A DNA stretch of 64,000 nucleotides from Tubiluchus corallicola (taxonomy: Eukaryota > Animalia > Priapulida), in NCBI GenBank assembly GCA_030141605.1, contig JAQGDQ010000655.1, positions 1 to 64,000 of the forward strand, given 5' to 3'. Below the pieces are notes generated by a model that was given only the letters and a program-made list of their open reading frames with translations, was not told the origin of the DNA and made no database searches. Both the position numbers and the translations under genes were made by a program. This document shows, piece by piece, positions 51,601 to 63,882 of this stretch (positions are counted from its first letter, which is position 1; each line of letters begins with the position of its first letter).

Positions 51601-54600
51601 ATGGTAAACAATAACTAGACGTCAGTTTGTTCATCGCAAGAGAAACGTTAATGAAATGTTCGTGAAATGAGAAATGTAACTTTATTTCATAATTTAGCAG
51701 ATGTTTTTTAAATTTCATGCGGTTCTAATTTCTCCATTCGAATGTGACCCGTGGACAGTCGGACTTTCCTCAAACGAAAGAAAGCTTATATAACATGCAT
51801 AAAAACCGCGAATGGATATCCAAGTCAACTTTGCTTTGCAAACACCAAAAACTTGATGTACAAGAAAACGGTCTTCACAAATAACGTACAAAAAATTCGT
51901 CTTGAAATTTTATATCACTCACATGCAGAGCTCAGGTTAGCAGTAACGTTGTATAAAACTGGTAAATTTACACAGCAGGGAGAGACCGCTAGGCGCAACC
52001 ATTTTAACGGAAAGATAAGTTTTAAACGAGTTTAGCAAAAAGTGCATAAAATTTGAAAAAATAATTAGAGCATCCGTAGTGCACTCTTTGCTAATTAAAC
52101 AAAAGTTTAAATTATTTTACAACTTGTGAATAAGATTAAAACATGTTTTTGGTGAGCCAGTGGTGCACGCTGGGAACATTTTACCAGTTGCTGGGAACAT
52201 TTTAAATCAACAAGAATTTTCTCTTTCAATTACATAAAAGTTTCAAACAGAAAATGGTAAGAATGGTAACATAACTTTGTACTGCAGGTTCATTCCATAA
52301 TGTATAGTGATGTACTCTAAAATTCCCTTTAATACACCAAGGTTTTATTTTGATTATAAATAGTGCTAGATAAAGCTGTTAGTTTAAAATACAACCAGGA
52401 GTGCAAAAATTAATGAAAAAGGAAGTACAGAAATAAAAAATACAACATTGTTAGCGTGTGCCATCAGGAATTGGGTGATGGATAAGTGTCTTCACCGCTA
52501 CAGCTATAGTCCCAATGTTCATCACGCGGCACACGGACAAAGAAAAGAGAGACCTGTCTACGAAGTACAAACTGCAACTAAGTGCGGAGGATTTATAAAA
52601 AACACAGGGATTAAGAATCGCCAACCTGTTTGGTATGTTGAACGTTCAGCTGACCAAGCCCTATCTTCAGAAGTGCTGTCACCGTCAGTGTAGGCATCTT
52701 GACCCGACCCTTGGCTATCGGCACGGCCTCGCTGACCGTACGACTTCCCTGTCTGCATACCGCCCATGCCTTTCGTTAAAAAAAGACATTTAAACGTATG
52801 AAAAGTTAGCAGTAATTTGCATTTGTTTACTCCAAATTTAATATCACACAAAAAAAACCCTCAAATTTTAAAACTAGCATATCTTATTTCAATCACCAAA
52901 GATACTGCAGAAAACAAAAAATGTAACCAGACAGCTACTTACAATTTATTACTACTCACAACTATTATACATCAGATCTGCACGTTTCGTAAAAAAATTA
53001 AAGGAAAACCGGATGATTGTCTAGACTCAATCTCATTTTAATTTACTGTCCAAAATATACGTTTTCTTGCCTCTAAAAGTTAGGAATTGTTCCTTATATT
53101 TGAATAATTAGCTTAGAAAGTTAATTAACGGTAACCGAACACAGCTATTAATTACATCAGAAACTAACCACAGTTTGTGCAATAACAGGCATCTTACCTT
53201 ACGCGTCAAATATGTTTCCGTAAGTGTTACTGCTTAAACGCGTAATGTCACGAAAATGGGCTCTTTATCATATGACGTCAGAAACTAACACAGCAGTTCA
53301 TGATCATGGTTATCACGGTGCCACTTTCTATTAGTTAGCCCTGCACACGTGACCAAAAATTCACGTTCTACTGTTTAGTAGATTCACTGAGCCTCCCGTA
53401 GTTTTGAAAGTTTAACAAAATTTTGAGTATCCGAGGTAATTATTATTTAATCTAAGCTTTGACGTAATAAAGCTATGTAGTTTTCAATATTTTAGAGGAT
53501 ACTTTATTCTGAAGTAATGTTTACACAATCGTCCGGTTTTCTTTTAATGTCAATAACTGTGCATGTAAGTTGATTCAGTTAAACTACAACAGAAATGTGC
53601 ACTCACACTCGCCCAACAGCAAGCAAATGCATAAAAATTGGTTACACATATTACGTACACACCTGGCATTTGCTGCATAGTTCTCGGATCGTGCATATAC
53701 GGTGGAGGCTGAGGCATGTTGCCCGTCCAGTGAGGATCGTGAGGTACAGGAGGTCCGCCGGCACGTGAATAGTAAGCTTGATGCTTGACCATCTGCTCCT
53801 GCTGCTGACGCTGAAACCTGTAGAATTAAGCATGAACTACAATGTCGGGAAACGAACAAAAAACTCAAAGAAAAGTACACACATCTTTATTGTGAAGTTA
53901 TGACTCCATTTGCACGTAATGCGTGATCTGTAATCTATAATAGATGACGCATATAGACTGTTTCCGTGTCAGTTGCTTTATTGCGTGTTAACAAAGTTCA
54001 CAGCGTTCTTTCCACCATTTTTGGCTGCTGTTAGCGGAAACTGGTCTCTGTCGAAATTTCAGTGTGATAATTACAGCCGTGGCAATAGCTTATTAATGTA
54101 CTATTGGACGGTAAAGGAAGCACAGGTTTTGGGTGCACAACATTTTGCGGAGGAGAGAACAATACGGCTTGCATCAACACTTAATGAAAGAACTTCAATT
54201 AGATGCATAAGATAATTACATGCTTCTTCCACTCCTCAAAAACCCAATTAGAACAAATATTATTGTGCGTGTACGCCTCGAAATAACCAAGACTCGCCTA
54301 ACTAGAATTTCCAGGAAGCCAATTTGGGAAAATGGTCGTTGAAAACTCGAAAACTCGCTAAATTACTTAGGCAATGGCAGTTTTCCATCTACGTATTACT
54401 GCGGGATGCGTATGCAGATAATGGGAAACATGTTCGAATGAATACGGATCACGCATTATGCACACACAAACACACTTCCACGTGTTTAAATACAAACTGT
54501 TGTATATCCATTATGTATTCCCGGAACCACACCTCTACATTTAAGGCAAACAAGGAAAAAGTGTAGAGAAATAGATGCAGACTGATTGACAGAAAAACAG

Positions 54601-57600
54601 TTCTAGACCCGTAGCAAAACACAATGACTAATCAGTGACTAGATGCAGCTGGAAGAGCATTTTCTCCAAATCGCTCTGATATTAGTTTACAAAAGCAATG
54701 AAAAATAAGGCAAAGCTGACAGGAATGCTCTTCTTAACATTTTATAAACATACCGCGGTGGAACATTTTTCTGGAACTTGGAGTAGGTGCTGTACTGTTC
54801 CCTTTCTCCGCCTCTATCCCTGTCCCGGTCGCGTGTAGACGGTCGAAAATCCCGCTCCCGACTGTCGCGATCCTTTTCCCGCTTGTCGCTTTCGCTGTCC
54901 CTAGATACGGAACGCTTTCCGGACGACTCGGAATCTGCGCCGTCGTCAGTGTCTTTGCTGCTCCTGTCATCGTGTTTATTGAGCGCCGCTTTGCGCTCGT
55001 CTTCAAATCGCTTTTCCTCCTCTTCTCGCAGCTGCCGCGCTCGTTCTACAACAGCGGTCATCTCGCTGCTCTGCTGACGTCTCCTCTGCTGCCACATCTG
55101 CAAGACAAACGTAGCGATGTTATATAAAAGAGCGAAGATGGCAACACGTTACAAAATTTCGTTTTCTAGCACAACAAAAACGATAAAATATGCCACGGTC
55201 TATAGTTATTATCCAAACTTGCTGATAACAAGTGACGTTATTATCTCAAGTGACGTAGCTATTGTCGACGACAAATAACGATAAAAATGGCTTCAATTTA
55301 TCTGTGATCTTCTGCAAAATGTTTTGACGATCGTTTAGAATTTTACTAAGAGGTTAGCTTTCCTAATTAGTAAAGCATAAGTGTGCAAGCAAATCCAAAA
55401 AGCTCTTCATTTGAAAAATTTGAAAAAAAAAACAATGTAGATTTATCAGTTGCAAAAACCTGTCACCTTACACTCCTCCATAACCTATGTCCTACAAAAG
55501 TGAACTATTAGTGTGTCCTATTAGTGTGGTCTCTAGAGTTGATTGGGCCTTTGTTAGATAACACTTCTATCATTGACCCAAGGTTGTTCTTCAAACAAAA
55601 AACATATTTTGTTTTGTATGACATGGGCCTTAAAAAACCCCATTCCTTTGGCCCTATTTGTAGATTTTTCAGTTGCAAAACCCATCTCTGTACACTCCTC
55701 CAAAACCTACGCTCTACAAAAGTATGGTCTCTATAGAGTTGATTGGATTGTATCAGATTACACCTCCATCGTTCGCCAAAAGATGCTTTCAAACACAAAA
55801 AAATTTTGTTTCGAATGACGAGGGCTTTGAAAACTCTCACACCTCCTCACTAATTCAAAGCCAAAATACAGGTAAGGGTGCAAAGGACAGCAATTAACAT
55901 TGTTACCTCCTCGTCATCAACATCATTTTGTTTGTGACGTCCACCTTGCTGCATACCGTACGGTCCCATTCTCTGAGGATGAGCACCAGGATAAGGAACA
56001 CCATGTGGGTGCATGGGTGGGCCACCCCTGTGATCGAATGGTATGCGCTGCTGTTGCTGCCACTGAAGAAAAAACATCAAACAGCTAGTAGCCTTGATCA
56101 ATCATGCACTGGGATAATAATCTGATTTAACGAAGAAACATCAATAAAGGAGCATAGAAGCTTCTTCTGGAAAATTCATGAAGTGTAAAACCAAACGTAT
56201 ACTGAGACGCATTGATAAGTTTCTTTTTTGCTATTGCAAATATATAATTGTATGAACAACAAACAACAAACAAGCATAAATGTGATTAAAAACACATAAT
56301 TTTACAATAGAGGCGGGACCGATTAGTGAATTATAATCGATTTGGTTTTTATTTTTGATTACTGGTTACTCTTTTCCGCTGCCGACACACATAGATCGTA
56401 CTACCAACACTAGCGTGGATCATAAAGTTAGTGCGTAGTGGAAAAGTTCGGCAATTTTGTGAGAAGGGCCAGACACATAAATTAGCTGTTCGCTCTATAA
56501 AACAATATGGCACTGGATAACACGAGTAGTTAGTTATGACTGCACATGTGTTAGTAATTATGTAATGAAAGACAGCAGCTACTTTTTTTACACACAGAAA
56601 TGTGTAATTACGTAATGAAAGGCAGCAGCTACTTTTTTTACACACATAAATGTGTAATTACGTAATGAAAGGCAGCAGCTACTTTTTTACACACACAAAT
56701 GTGTAATTACGTAATGAAAGGCAGCAGCTACTTTTTTTACACACACAAATGTGGAATTACGTATGAAAGGCAGCAGCTACTTTTTTCACACACACACATG
56801 TGTAATTACGTAATGAAAGGCAGCAGCTACTTTTTTTTACACACGGAAATGTGTAATTACGTAATGAAAGGCAGCAGCTATTTTTTTTACACACACAAAT
56901 GTAACAAGATAATACTGGTATTACTTTTTAAATTAAGTTTTTCTTATCTTCCTGTAGTCTGTTATAACAGTGGCAATTCGCAATGTGGTAATACTGTAAA
57001 ATTAATCCTACCAGCTTTTCATGACTTTTGATAGTACAAGTAGTCGTATGCCGAATAATACGACAGCAGGCAATGTTCTTATATCATAATGTTTGCAAAG
57101 CTGCATTCGCAAAAGTTTGGCTAGCGTTTTCTTTCCAGTTTATGGTATTTTCATCTTTTTTTTCCGGAAAATCCACGAGTCTCATGGACACATAGTCATC
57201 ACAGCTGTAAAATCGAGTGACATGGCACTACTTTTGCACAGTATTCGTAGGCAACGCCGCTTTCACGCCCGAGTTTCTTGCAAGCACAAACACGCGTTTT
57301 GATGTGCAGCCGTTTTCTCAGTGTCTCAAACCGGTTTCGCTGTGCGCCTCTTTTACAAACCAACAAGCTCATGCATGACTGGACTACCAACTTGGTTATC
57401 TAATAAGAACTATCAATGTGTGGTAAAAAAACGATACCATTTGACCATCTGGTGGCGGCATTCTCCTGCGATCAAGCTGAGATGGTGGACCTTGCCCGGG
57501 TGGCCATGCCTGTCTCGGTGGACCCGGTCTATCCATCTAGAAAAGTTGAAATATTTTACAAACATATCCAACAGGCTAAGGAACGCGAATCGACAAAAAC

Positions 57601-60600
57601 GAAAAAAAAACAATATGAGTTAATTGTAGGCTGTTTCGTTTATAAAATATTTGTGTTCATGAGACGCGCAATTCGTGGACATTTTCCGTAGTCTTTATCA
57701 TCGTAGAGTAAAAAACGAAGACATGTTTCACCCTACTACCTGCTTCCTCGGGGACTATAAGCAAATCAAACAAAACAGCCAGTTATACGACAGTTACACA
57801 GGTTACGCATCGAGTATCAATTATAACACTTAAAGCAACTCACCAGAATTTTACTACATTTTCGCAAAATATTTGCACACTGATTCAAAACTTTACACTG
57901 TGATAAAAATCTGTCATTTACCCCTGTATGCACGCTTGAGATAGATGCTACCCCGTGATGTTTGATTTGTTTACAATCCCCGATGAAGCCATTAGCAGGG
58001 TAATGACGGACGATAATAAAGATGTCTGTTAGCACTAGTTGCTGAATTTGCTGTAGTCCTCATTTTATGTAGTTACATCAATAATAACAATGACAATTAC
58101 ATACATTATTTACACCACCGACTTTTTGTCTTAGCACCAATATAACTCTCATTAATCGTACTTATAAACCTACCCTCTGCCTCTCGTCCCATTCGTACTC
58201 CTTCTCTTCTCCATGCCCATCTTTGCGATCTAACCTGTCTCGTGTATCACGGTGATCCCTAGTCCTGATGAGAAAAAATAAACATACGAAATGACGGAAA
58301 AGAAATGGACAAAACTGTTGCACATAAGAATGCCCCGTCAAGTGTTTAAGTATATAACATACGCTGCAACTATTTTGTCTCTGAAACCAGTCAGGGATGT
58401 TACCGAAACCGAAATTCATGAAACATCGGAAACCGATATCGAAACGAAACCGAACTGAAACATTTTTGCATAATGAACGACTACTAAAACTGGAAAAAAT
58501 AAAATTTTAAAATAAGTAAATTTTTTTGTTTCCTCTCATTTACTGTGATGCAAAATTACTGATAAAAAATTCTAATACAAAAAGGACAAGGAAGTTTTAC
58601 AGTGTAGAACCTCAAGTTTGATAGTGAAGCTTACCTTAGAAAATATGTTATAATGTTTTTGTATTTAAGTATCCTTAATTAATGTTTAAAGATATAATCA
58701 TTCATTAAAAATAAACAAATTTTATTTTGTAGATATTTTGTTGGCTATATTTCATATATTATAAAATTGAATGGGATTTTGCTCAAATAAATTCAAAGGT
58801 GGGTTGATATTTCGGTTGGTTGGGTCTGGAGACCCCAAAACTTCACAGTCGTCAGCACTGAAGATACGCTGCATTGCATGTAAAAGCATGTCACAAACTG
58901 TTATGCAAATTAAATTTTCGCTTTAATTTGAACTAACTTAGCCAAGATTTTTCAGTGTTTTTTGGCATCTAGGAAAAAACAAAGGGTAAATTGGATAAAT
59001 ATTATAAAACCTCGGAAAAATGCTACCGAAAGTTATCCAAAATTTAATAAATTTCGAAGAAACCAAAAGTGCAATTAACAGCAAACCGAAACGAAAATTT
59101 AGTTTCCGTAACATCCCCGATAGCAATGGAAGCGCAATCTAGACTCGCAAAACAAGAAAAAGACTGCTAAACGAAAGGCACCCACATACCCCTGATTGTC
59201 TTTCCGTTTTGCAGCATCTCCGTCAGCTTCGTCATCGCTAAACTTTAGTTCTTGACTGAAACACGAACAAACACGTGAAACTGCTTGAGGAAAATACTGC
59301 CAACTGATCAGAATCTTCAACATTTCCGCTGTTAGTCTTTACATTTTTGTCAACCAGTTTGTGAAAAGGTTTTACCAATGGCGACAATAATACAATTTAT
59401 TCTTGAACAGAAGACATCGTTTAACAAACGGGAAAAATGCAAAAAATGATTTTACGCGATCTACAAATGTCATTTTAAGAATGCCACATCGTAGGTTTGA
59501 AAAAATGCACGATTTATTTGCGCAAATCTAAATTTCATTAGACGGTGAGAAATGCAAAAAAAAAACAAGAAACATCGAGAAAACTATGAAAAATTGTTTC
59601 TGCGTCTAAAACAGAGTGATATCCATTCAAATAAACTAACATCTACAAAGGTAAATTTTACAGACAAGCCATTAGTACAGCTAGTGCATGAACTGTCGGT
59701 AGAGATTTTACCACAGTTCTATACGAGATCAACAATTTTTCATAAATCCTGAAGGCTTTGTTTAAAACTTTATGTCATCAAGTGGTTAATATGCCGACAC
59801 AGTTACAAGTAACAGAGGGCGTCTCAAAACTCACTAAACACTTATGTTTCTAAGTTTCTTTTTAAATTTTGCTTCAATCTCAGTAAGCTCTTGCAAGGCC
59901 TATGAGAACTCTTTGTTTATTCTTTTGACTGGAATCTTGTTGCTATGACAACGACAGTAATGGTAGAAGCGCGGTGCAAAATCAACCTGACACGAGATCT
60001 TCTGATCACCTGTTGAAATTCAGAGCATCATATGGATGACACTTTTGTCTCACCATTAACACTGTAGCACCAACAACATGCGATCTTCCTCACTAATCGT
60101 GGGCTGAGAGAAACTTTCTCAATGTAGCAGCGAAAAAAGCAAGAGGCTACAGGTGCAGTAGTTCTTTTCACATTTTTGTCCAACTCGATTAAAACAATTG
60201 TGCAAGGTTTTGCTTCATATGCGCCAGTTTTCAAAACATTTTGCTTTGTTTGTTACAAAAATGTAGAAAATGTAAAACATTTACTGATTCATGAGACAAA
60301 CTGTACACACGCACGCACATGCACACATAAATAATCACTAATTCTGATTGTTTTAAATCAAAATTAAAAACTTACTTGTTCTTAAAAGCTTTTATGATTC
60401 CTAGACTATTTAAATCACTTTTCCAATTTCATAGTTTTAATTATACAAATCGTGAATTGAATTTAACATCTTCATTTTCTTGATATATTTTCTACTCACT
60501 TTATACATTTTATAATTTTACGTAAGTTTATTATCTTACTAGTATGTGACATTGAAATTGCAACCATTGTGAAGTATGGAAGTTGGAATTGTGCATTGTA

Positions 60601-63129
60601 ATAAGGTGCTGCCATCTATGTGCTAATCCTGTTACATTCTACCAGCTAACTTACCTTCAGTGCAATTGTATGGTCCAGTGAATACATACACACTGGTCCT
60701 CTCCCTATCTAACATTAATGGTTGTTGTGAAGCCTGTGCAACTCTGCATAGGTCAAGTTCTACACCTGTATACTGACTGTGAAACAGGTTTTACTGACTG
60801 TTTTTTTGCTTTCTAGTTTGCTCAATGTTTAGTGCAGCAGTTTTGCTACTCATGTTTTCTGTAGTTTGATAAACACTTTTGTGTTGTGTGCAGTGCAAAT
60901 ATTTATTATAGATTTTTGGTTCCTATTCATACTTCTCTGTGCCTAAACTCAATCAGAACAAAGTGACTGAACAACAACTTCAAAAATGACTTTCACATAA
61001 AGCGTGCTATACAGGTATATATATACACACACACACATATATATATATTTATATACATATACACAAAATGTAAAAAAAGATATACCTATAATCAATGTCG
61101 CCTTGCACGGAAGCCCAGCTACCACCATTTTGTTCGTTTTCCATCAATTGATCAAAATCTTTTAAGTCTTCGTCGCGTATTATTGCTGGCCTCTTGCCGC
61201 CGAACTCCGTGTCGATTTTGCCCATCATGTGCGGTGGTGGTGGCCTAAACACACGATGATCAGGCGGGTACGGAAACGGAGGCCGCGGTGGAATAAAGTT
61301 AGGAGGGTAAGAGCCAGGAGGAAAACCACCTCTACCGTACATCTAAAAAAATTGATTAAATAAATAAACAAAATGCCTTATAAAAACATTAATGCTCCAG
61401 TTCAGTACCTTTAGTTGTTTTACCTGGACTTTACTGAATTATACATTAGTCTGTGAGTAGAGTGATTTACTAGCAGGATCTTGCTTGGAAACAAGAAAAA
61501 ATGAACTAGGCAAGGTTCTACTTAGCTGTTAAAACGGTTACTATTACAATAGCACGGGTTATAAGGTGTTGTCAAGTGTTCACAAATGCGTTGTCATAAA
61601 TGTATAAAATGAAATATCAAAGCACCCAGAACAACCTGCCGCAGCTTTCAACATCAAGTGCTACAGTGCAATTTATAAAACCAAATGACTGCTGATTTCT
61701 CACTACACAAGCCCAATGCTAATGACATGTAATCTAAAGCGTTTTCTTGCAAAATCCGAAAGCTACTTTTGCAGTAGTTATGATAAGAAATAGTTGGCAA
61801 AAAGAAAAGAAGGCCCTTTTAACAGTAACTAAATTCATTTAACTAATATATGATTTGTAACACAGACCATCTGACATACATAATCGAACTGAATTTGATT
61901 TTTAAATGATTGACTTTTTGAATTCGAATGTAAGTAATTAATTTTCTTACGTATGGTGGCATCATGCCCCGAAATGGAGGAGGCATTCCCGGGCCCATTG
62001 GAGGGGGAGTTGTTCCCATGTGGGGCGGAACAGGACCAGCCGATCCAGCTCTGCCCGGTATGGGTGGCTGCTGCATTTCCTGACTAATTGGAGGTGACTG
62101 GGGACCGTTCATGCTGATTGGAGGTCCGCTATGTGACGGTGCCGACATAGGCTGCACAGCGCCGCGTCCTCCTCCCTCCCGCCAACTCCCCTCGTCTGAA
62201 AAAGAGAACAAAACAGTTTGTAAACGTTCAAGTAGAGAAGCAGAAACTTTAAAGTAAAAGACCAACCTCACCAAAATTTTTTAGCAAAAGCTGAAGGAAC
62301 ATGGGTTGAAAATGTATTCCAGTTGCTTTCGTAAAACAATTAAGTAATTGGGTAAATAAATAGTCGATTTTATCTGCGCTAATTGGTTTATACACGCAAT
62401 TCAGCCAATCGGGCGGCCATTCACTGATGACGTCATGGCAAGAAACTTGAAAAGACTTGTCACCATCGCTTGTTACTTTAGTACACCCCCCCCCCCCCCG
62501 CTACACAAATTCTGGGCATTTTGCACACGCATAACATACAAAAAAGTTACACAACAGAAAAACAAACTTCTGTATAAACTACTTAAGCTCCCGCGATGAT
62601 AGTTAAGCTCAGTCGTTTTAACGGCCAGTCATTTGAAACGAGTTTAGATAACTTTGAGTAAAGTTTAAAACACAATCAGAGCAACCCTAAACACACTCTT
62701 CACTAACTAAGGATAAATAATAAATTACTTTACTTTGTTAATAAAATTAATTTGTTTTTATGGACTGTGGGGTGGTAATGCAGGAACATTTACCAGATGG
62801 AGCGAACATTTAAAATTATCAAATCTTTCAAACAGGTAACTGTAATACAAATCTTATAATTTGGGCAGAAATTTTTGGATACACATTTTAACGCTTCCAG
62901 TTTTTTCACTTTAACGTATTCCAGTTTTAGGTGTAGGTAACTGCTCAATTTTACAGGAACAGTAAGAGTAACTTACTCTGCGGCCTCAAGCTCAGGCCTG
63001 GCCCATACTGAGAATCGATGCTTGGCCTCTGATTCGGCTGAGCTGGTTGATCCTTGTCTGGCTCGCCGCCTGTGGCCAAACTTGGAAATTCTTGTTGAAA
63101 GCTCGCCGACTGATGGCTCAGAAATTCCT
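33885..63129 (-). CDS. PRRC2: PRRC2/BAT2-family protein (proline-rich coiled-coil 2; Drosophila nocte orthologue), 5'-partial, 22 exons, ~2714 aa visible
   Basis: Exons in transcript order: 62977-63129, 61951-62195, 61086-61342, 59190-59255, 58174-58264, 57438-57536, 55907-56062, 54754-55097, 53663-53817, 52626-52769, 51413-51596, 49034-49309, 47845-48011, 45433-47422, 44465-44571, 42262-42446, 41046-41286, 39219-39445, 38616-38735, 37286-37354, 36849-36953, 33885-36650. All GT-AG and phase-consistent. Family motifs: FQQEFPSL, YGPGLSLRPQNEGSWREGGGR, DIDYSQELKFSDDE, PPRFQRQQQEQ, NEEWETASESSDF, DLNNYASVVVIDD, GFQEVMSRK, KLPPRLAK, IASVKKVWE. Confidence 0.95.
37438..37845. mobile_element. Tc1/mariner (Tigger/pogo-like) MITE
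   Basis: TA|CAGTGTTCCCTCGCT...AGTGAGGGAACACTG terminal inverted repeats. Confidence 0.85.
41357..41933. mobile_element. hAT-like MITE with ccgaa/ttcgg subterminal motifs
   Basis: Imperfect TIRs tagtgatgtca...tgacatcccta. Confidence 0.55.
43385..43672. repeat. ~76-bp tandem repeat, about 4 copies
   Basis: gatgtgagcctcaatgaaacaacaatgttataataatcatcgcgctttacgttttaaattttaaaaaatacgc is repeated. Confidence 0.9.
44790..45250 (-). mobile_element. MITE family B copy (inverted)
   Basis: Reverse-complement homology to 6800-7290. Confidence 0.7.
45433..47422 (-). CDS. PRRC2: PRRC2 large central exon (RGG/RG-rich, EEWETASE motif)
   Basis: 653-aa ORF; cacag| acceptor and |gtaagt donor. Confidence 0.93.
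48167..48641. mobile_element. Tc1/mariner (pogo-like) MITE
   Basis: TA|CAGTCAACCACGGATATAAGG...CCTTATACCTGAGGTTGACCG|TA. Confidence 0.85.
49400..49473 (-). ncRNA. Intronic C/D-box snoRNA candidate guiding 28S rRNA 2'-O-methylation
   Basis: Minus strand: CACCAT-TTGATGA(C)...CTGA(D')...GTTACACACTC-T-CTGA(D)-TGGTG with a terminal stem. The guide is complementary to the conserved 28S sequence GAGUGUGUAAC. It lies ~90 nt upstream of a 3' splice site, on the host strand. Confidence 0.8.
49877..50488. mobile_element. CAGGGAT-terminal MITE with 6-bp TSD
   Basis: ataact|CAGGGATAAGAAT...ATTCTCATCCCTG|ataact; internal homology with 58392-59119. Confidence 0.8.
50524..51178 (-). mobile_element. Truncated non-LTR retrotransposon (CR1/L2-group-like) 3' end with TSD
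   Basis: Degenerate HLRIGFS.LNHHL...CSCDYYIESITHCLLKCP...ILLNGS...NIAIFDVVHTY..TRRF, flanked by gcctagctt (50515-50523 and 51179-51187). Confidence 0.75.
51775..52280 (-). mobile_element. Diverged MITE family A-related fragment
   Basis: Shares tcgtcttgaaatttta, gtataaaact and aggcgcaaccatttta motifs. Confidence 0.55.
52455..52535 (-). ncRNA. Intronic C/D-box snoRNA candidate (target unresolved)
   Basis: Minus strand: CGTGTGCC-gc-GTGATGA(C)-acattgggactatag-CTGT(D'?)-agcg-GTGAAGA(C')-cacttatccatcacccaattc-CTGA(D)-t-GGCACACG; perfect 8-bp terminal stem; on the host strand. Confidence 0.82.
53002..53543 (+). mobile_element. MITE family C (Kolobok-like, TTAA TSD), full length
   Basis: TTAA|AGGAAAACCGGATGATTGT...ACAATCGTCCGGTTTTCTT|TTAA. 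Confidence 0.85.
56555..56902. repeat. ~50-bp minisatellite, 7 copies, six with an ATTAYGTAAT palindrome
   Basis: aatgtgtaattacgtaatgaaaggcagcagctactttttttacacacac is repeated. Confidence 0.93.
58392..59119. mobile_element. CAGGGATGTTAC-terminal MITE (hAT-like)
   Basis: TIRs cagggatgttac / gtaacatccccg; ccgaaa subterminal repeats; internal homology to 49877-50488. Confidence 0.7.
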
Positions 63130-63689
63130 CTGGAACGAAAACATTCGTCAAGGCGACCACGATCAGTCAAATACACAAATGCACCATAAACACCGTTTTA
63201 AGTGGGATGAATAGAACAGAGTGACACTGAAATGTCAAAGCAGTCCTTGGTCTGTCACCACTCTGGTTAGAAGACATCATTTCTATGCTGCAAGAAAGCG
63301 TGGAAAGGGGTTCCCATTTTCATGAAAAGTGTAGCATATTAATTTGCAATTTTATCGCGTTATTCGAAAACGGTAACGATAACAATCAACTCTTAAGTTT
63401 CCTTTCATCTCGTTGAGCCAAGATGTCATAAACGAACTGACCCAAAAATTCAATGAAAACAGCACGAGGTTGAACTAAAAGATATAAGAAGAAATTAAAG
63501 GAAAAGTCAAGCCTTTCGGGAAGTTGGGTTTATTTCAATATTCACAAAAAATGTAAGGATTTCGTGACGAAAGTGCGATAAGCGACACATTTATTTTGCA
63601 AAATCACTTTAAGGTAAAGAACACCTGGGTGTTCCCATTTTGAACGAATATTCTTCCACCAATGATGTCATTCATACGCTGAAGAAAAG

Positions 63690-63882
63690 CAGCACACTGT
63701 CAATTTCCACAAAATTAGATAACTAATTTTGTGATACTTAAGCAGCACATTATCAATTTCCACAGAATTAAAACTTTTTACATAAAATTAGATAGCTAAT
63801 TTTTTATACTTAAGCAGTGCGCCGTCAATTTCCACAGAATAAAAACTTTTAACATAAAATTAGATAGCTAATTTTGTGATGC
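63690..63882. repeat. Imperfect tandem repeat (tcaatttccaca...aaattagatagctaatttt), 3 copies
   Basis: Direct inspection. Confidence 0.8.

Noticed and set aside
59300-59360. Stem plus CTGA near an acceptor
   Set aside because: No acceptable C box.
59709-59786. C/D snoRNA-like segment (TTGATGA with a ccac/gtgg stem)
   Set aside because: No terminal CTGA box and no recognisable guide.
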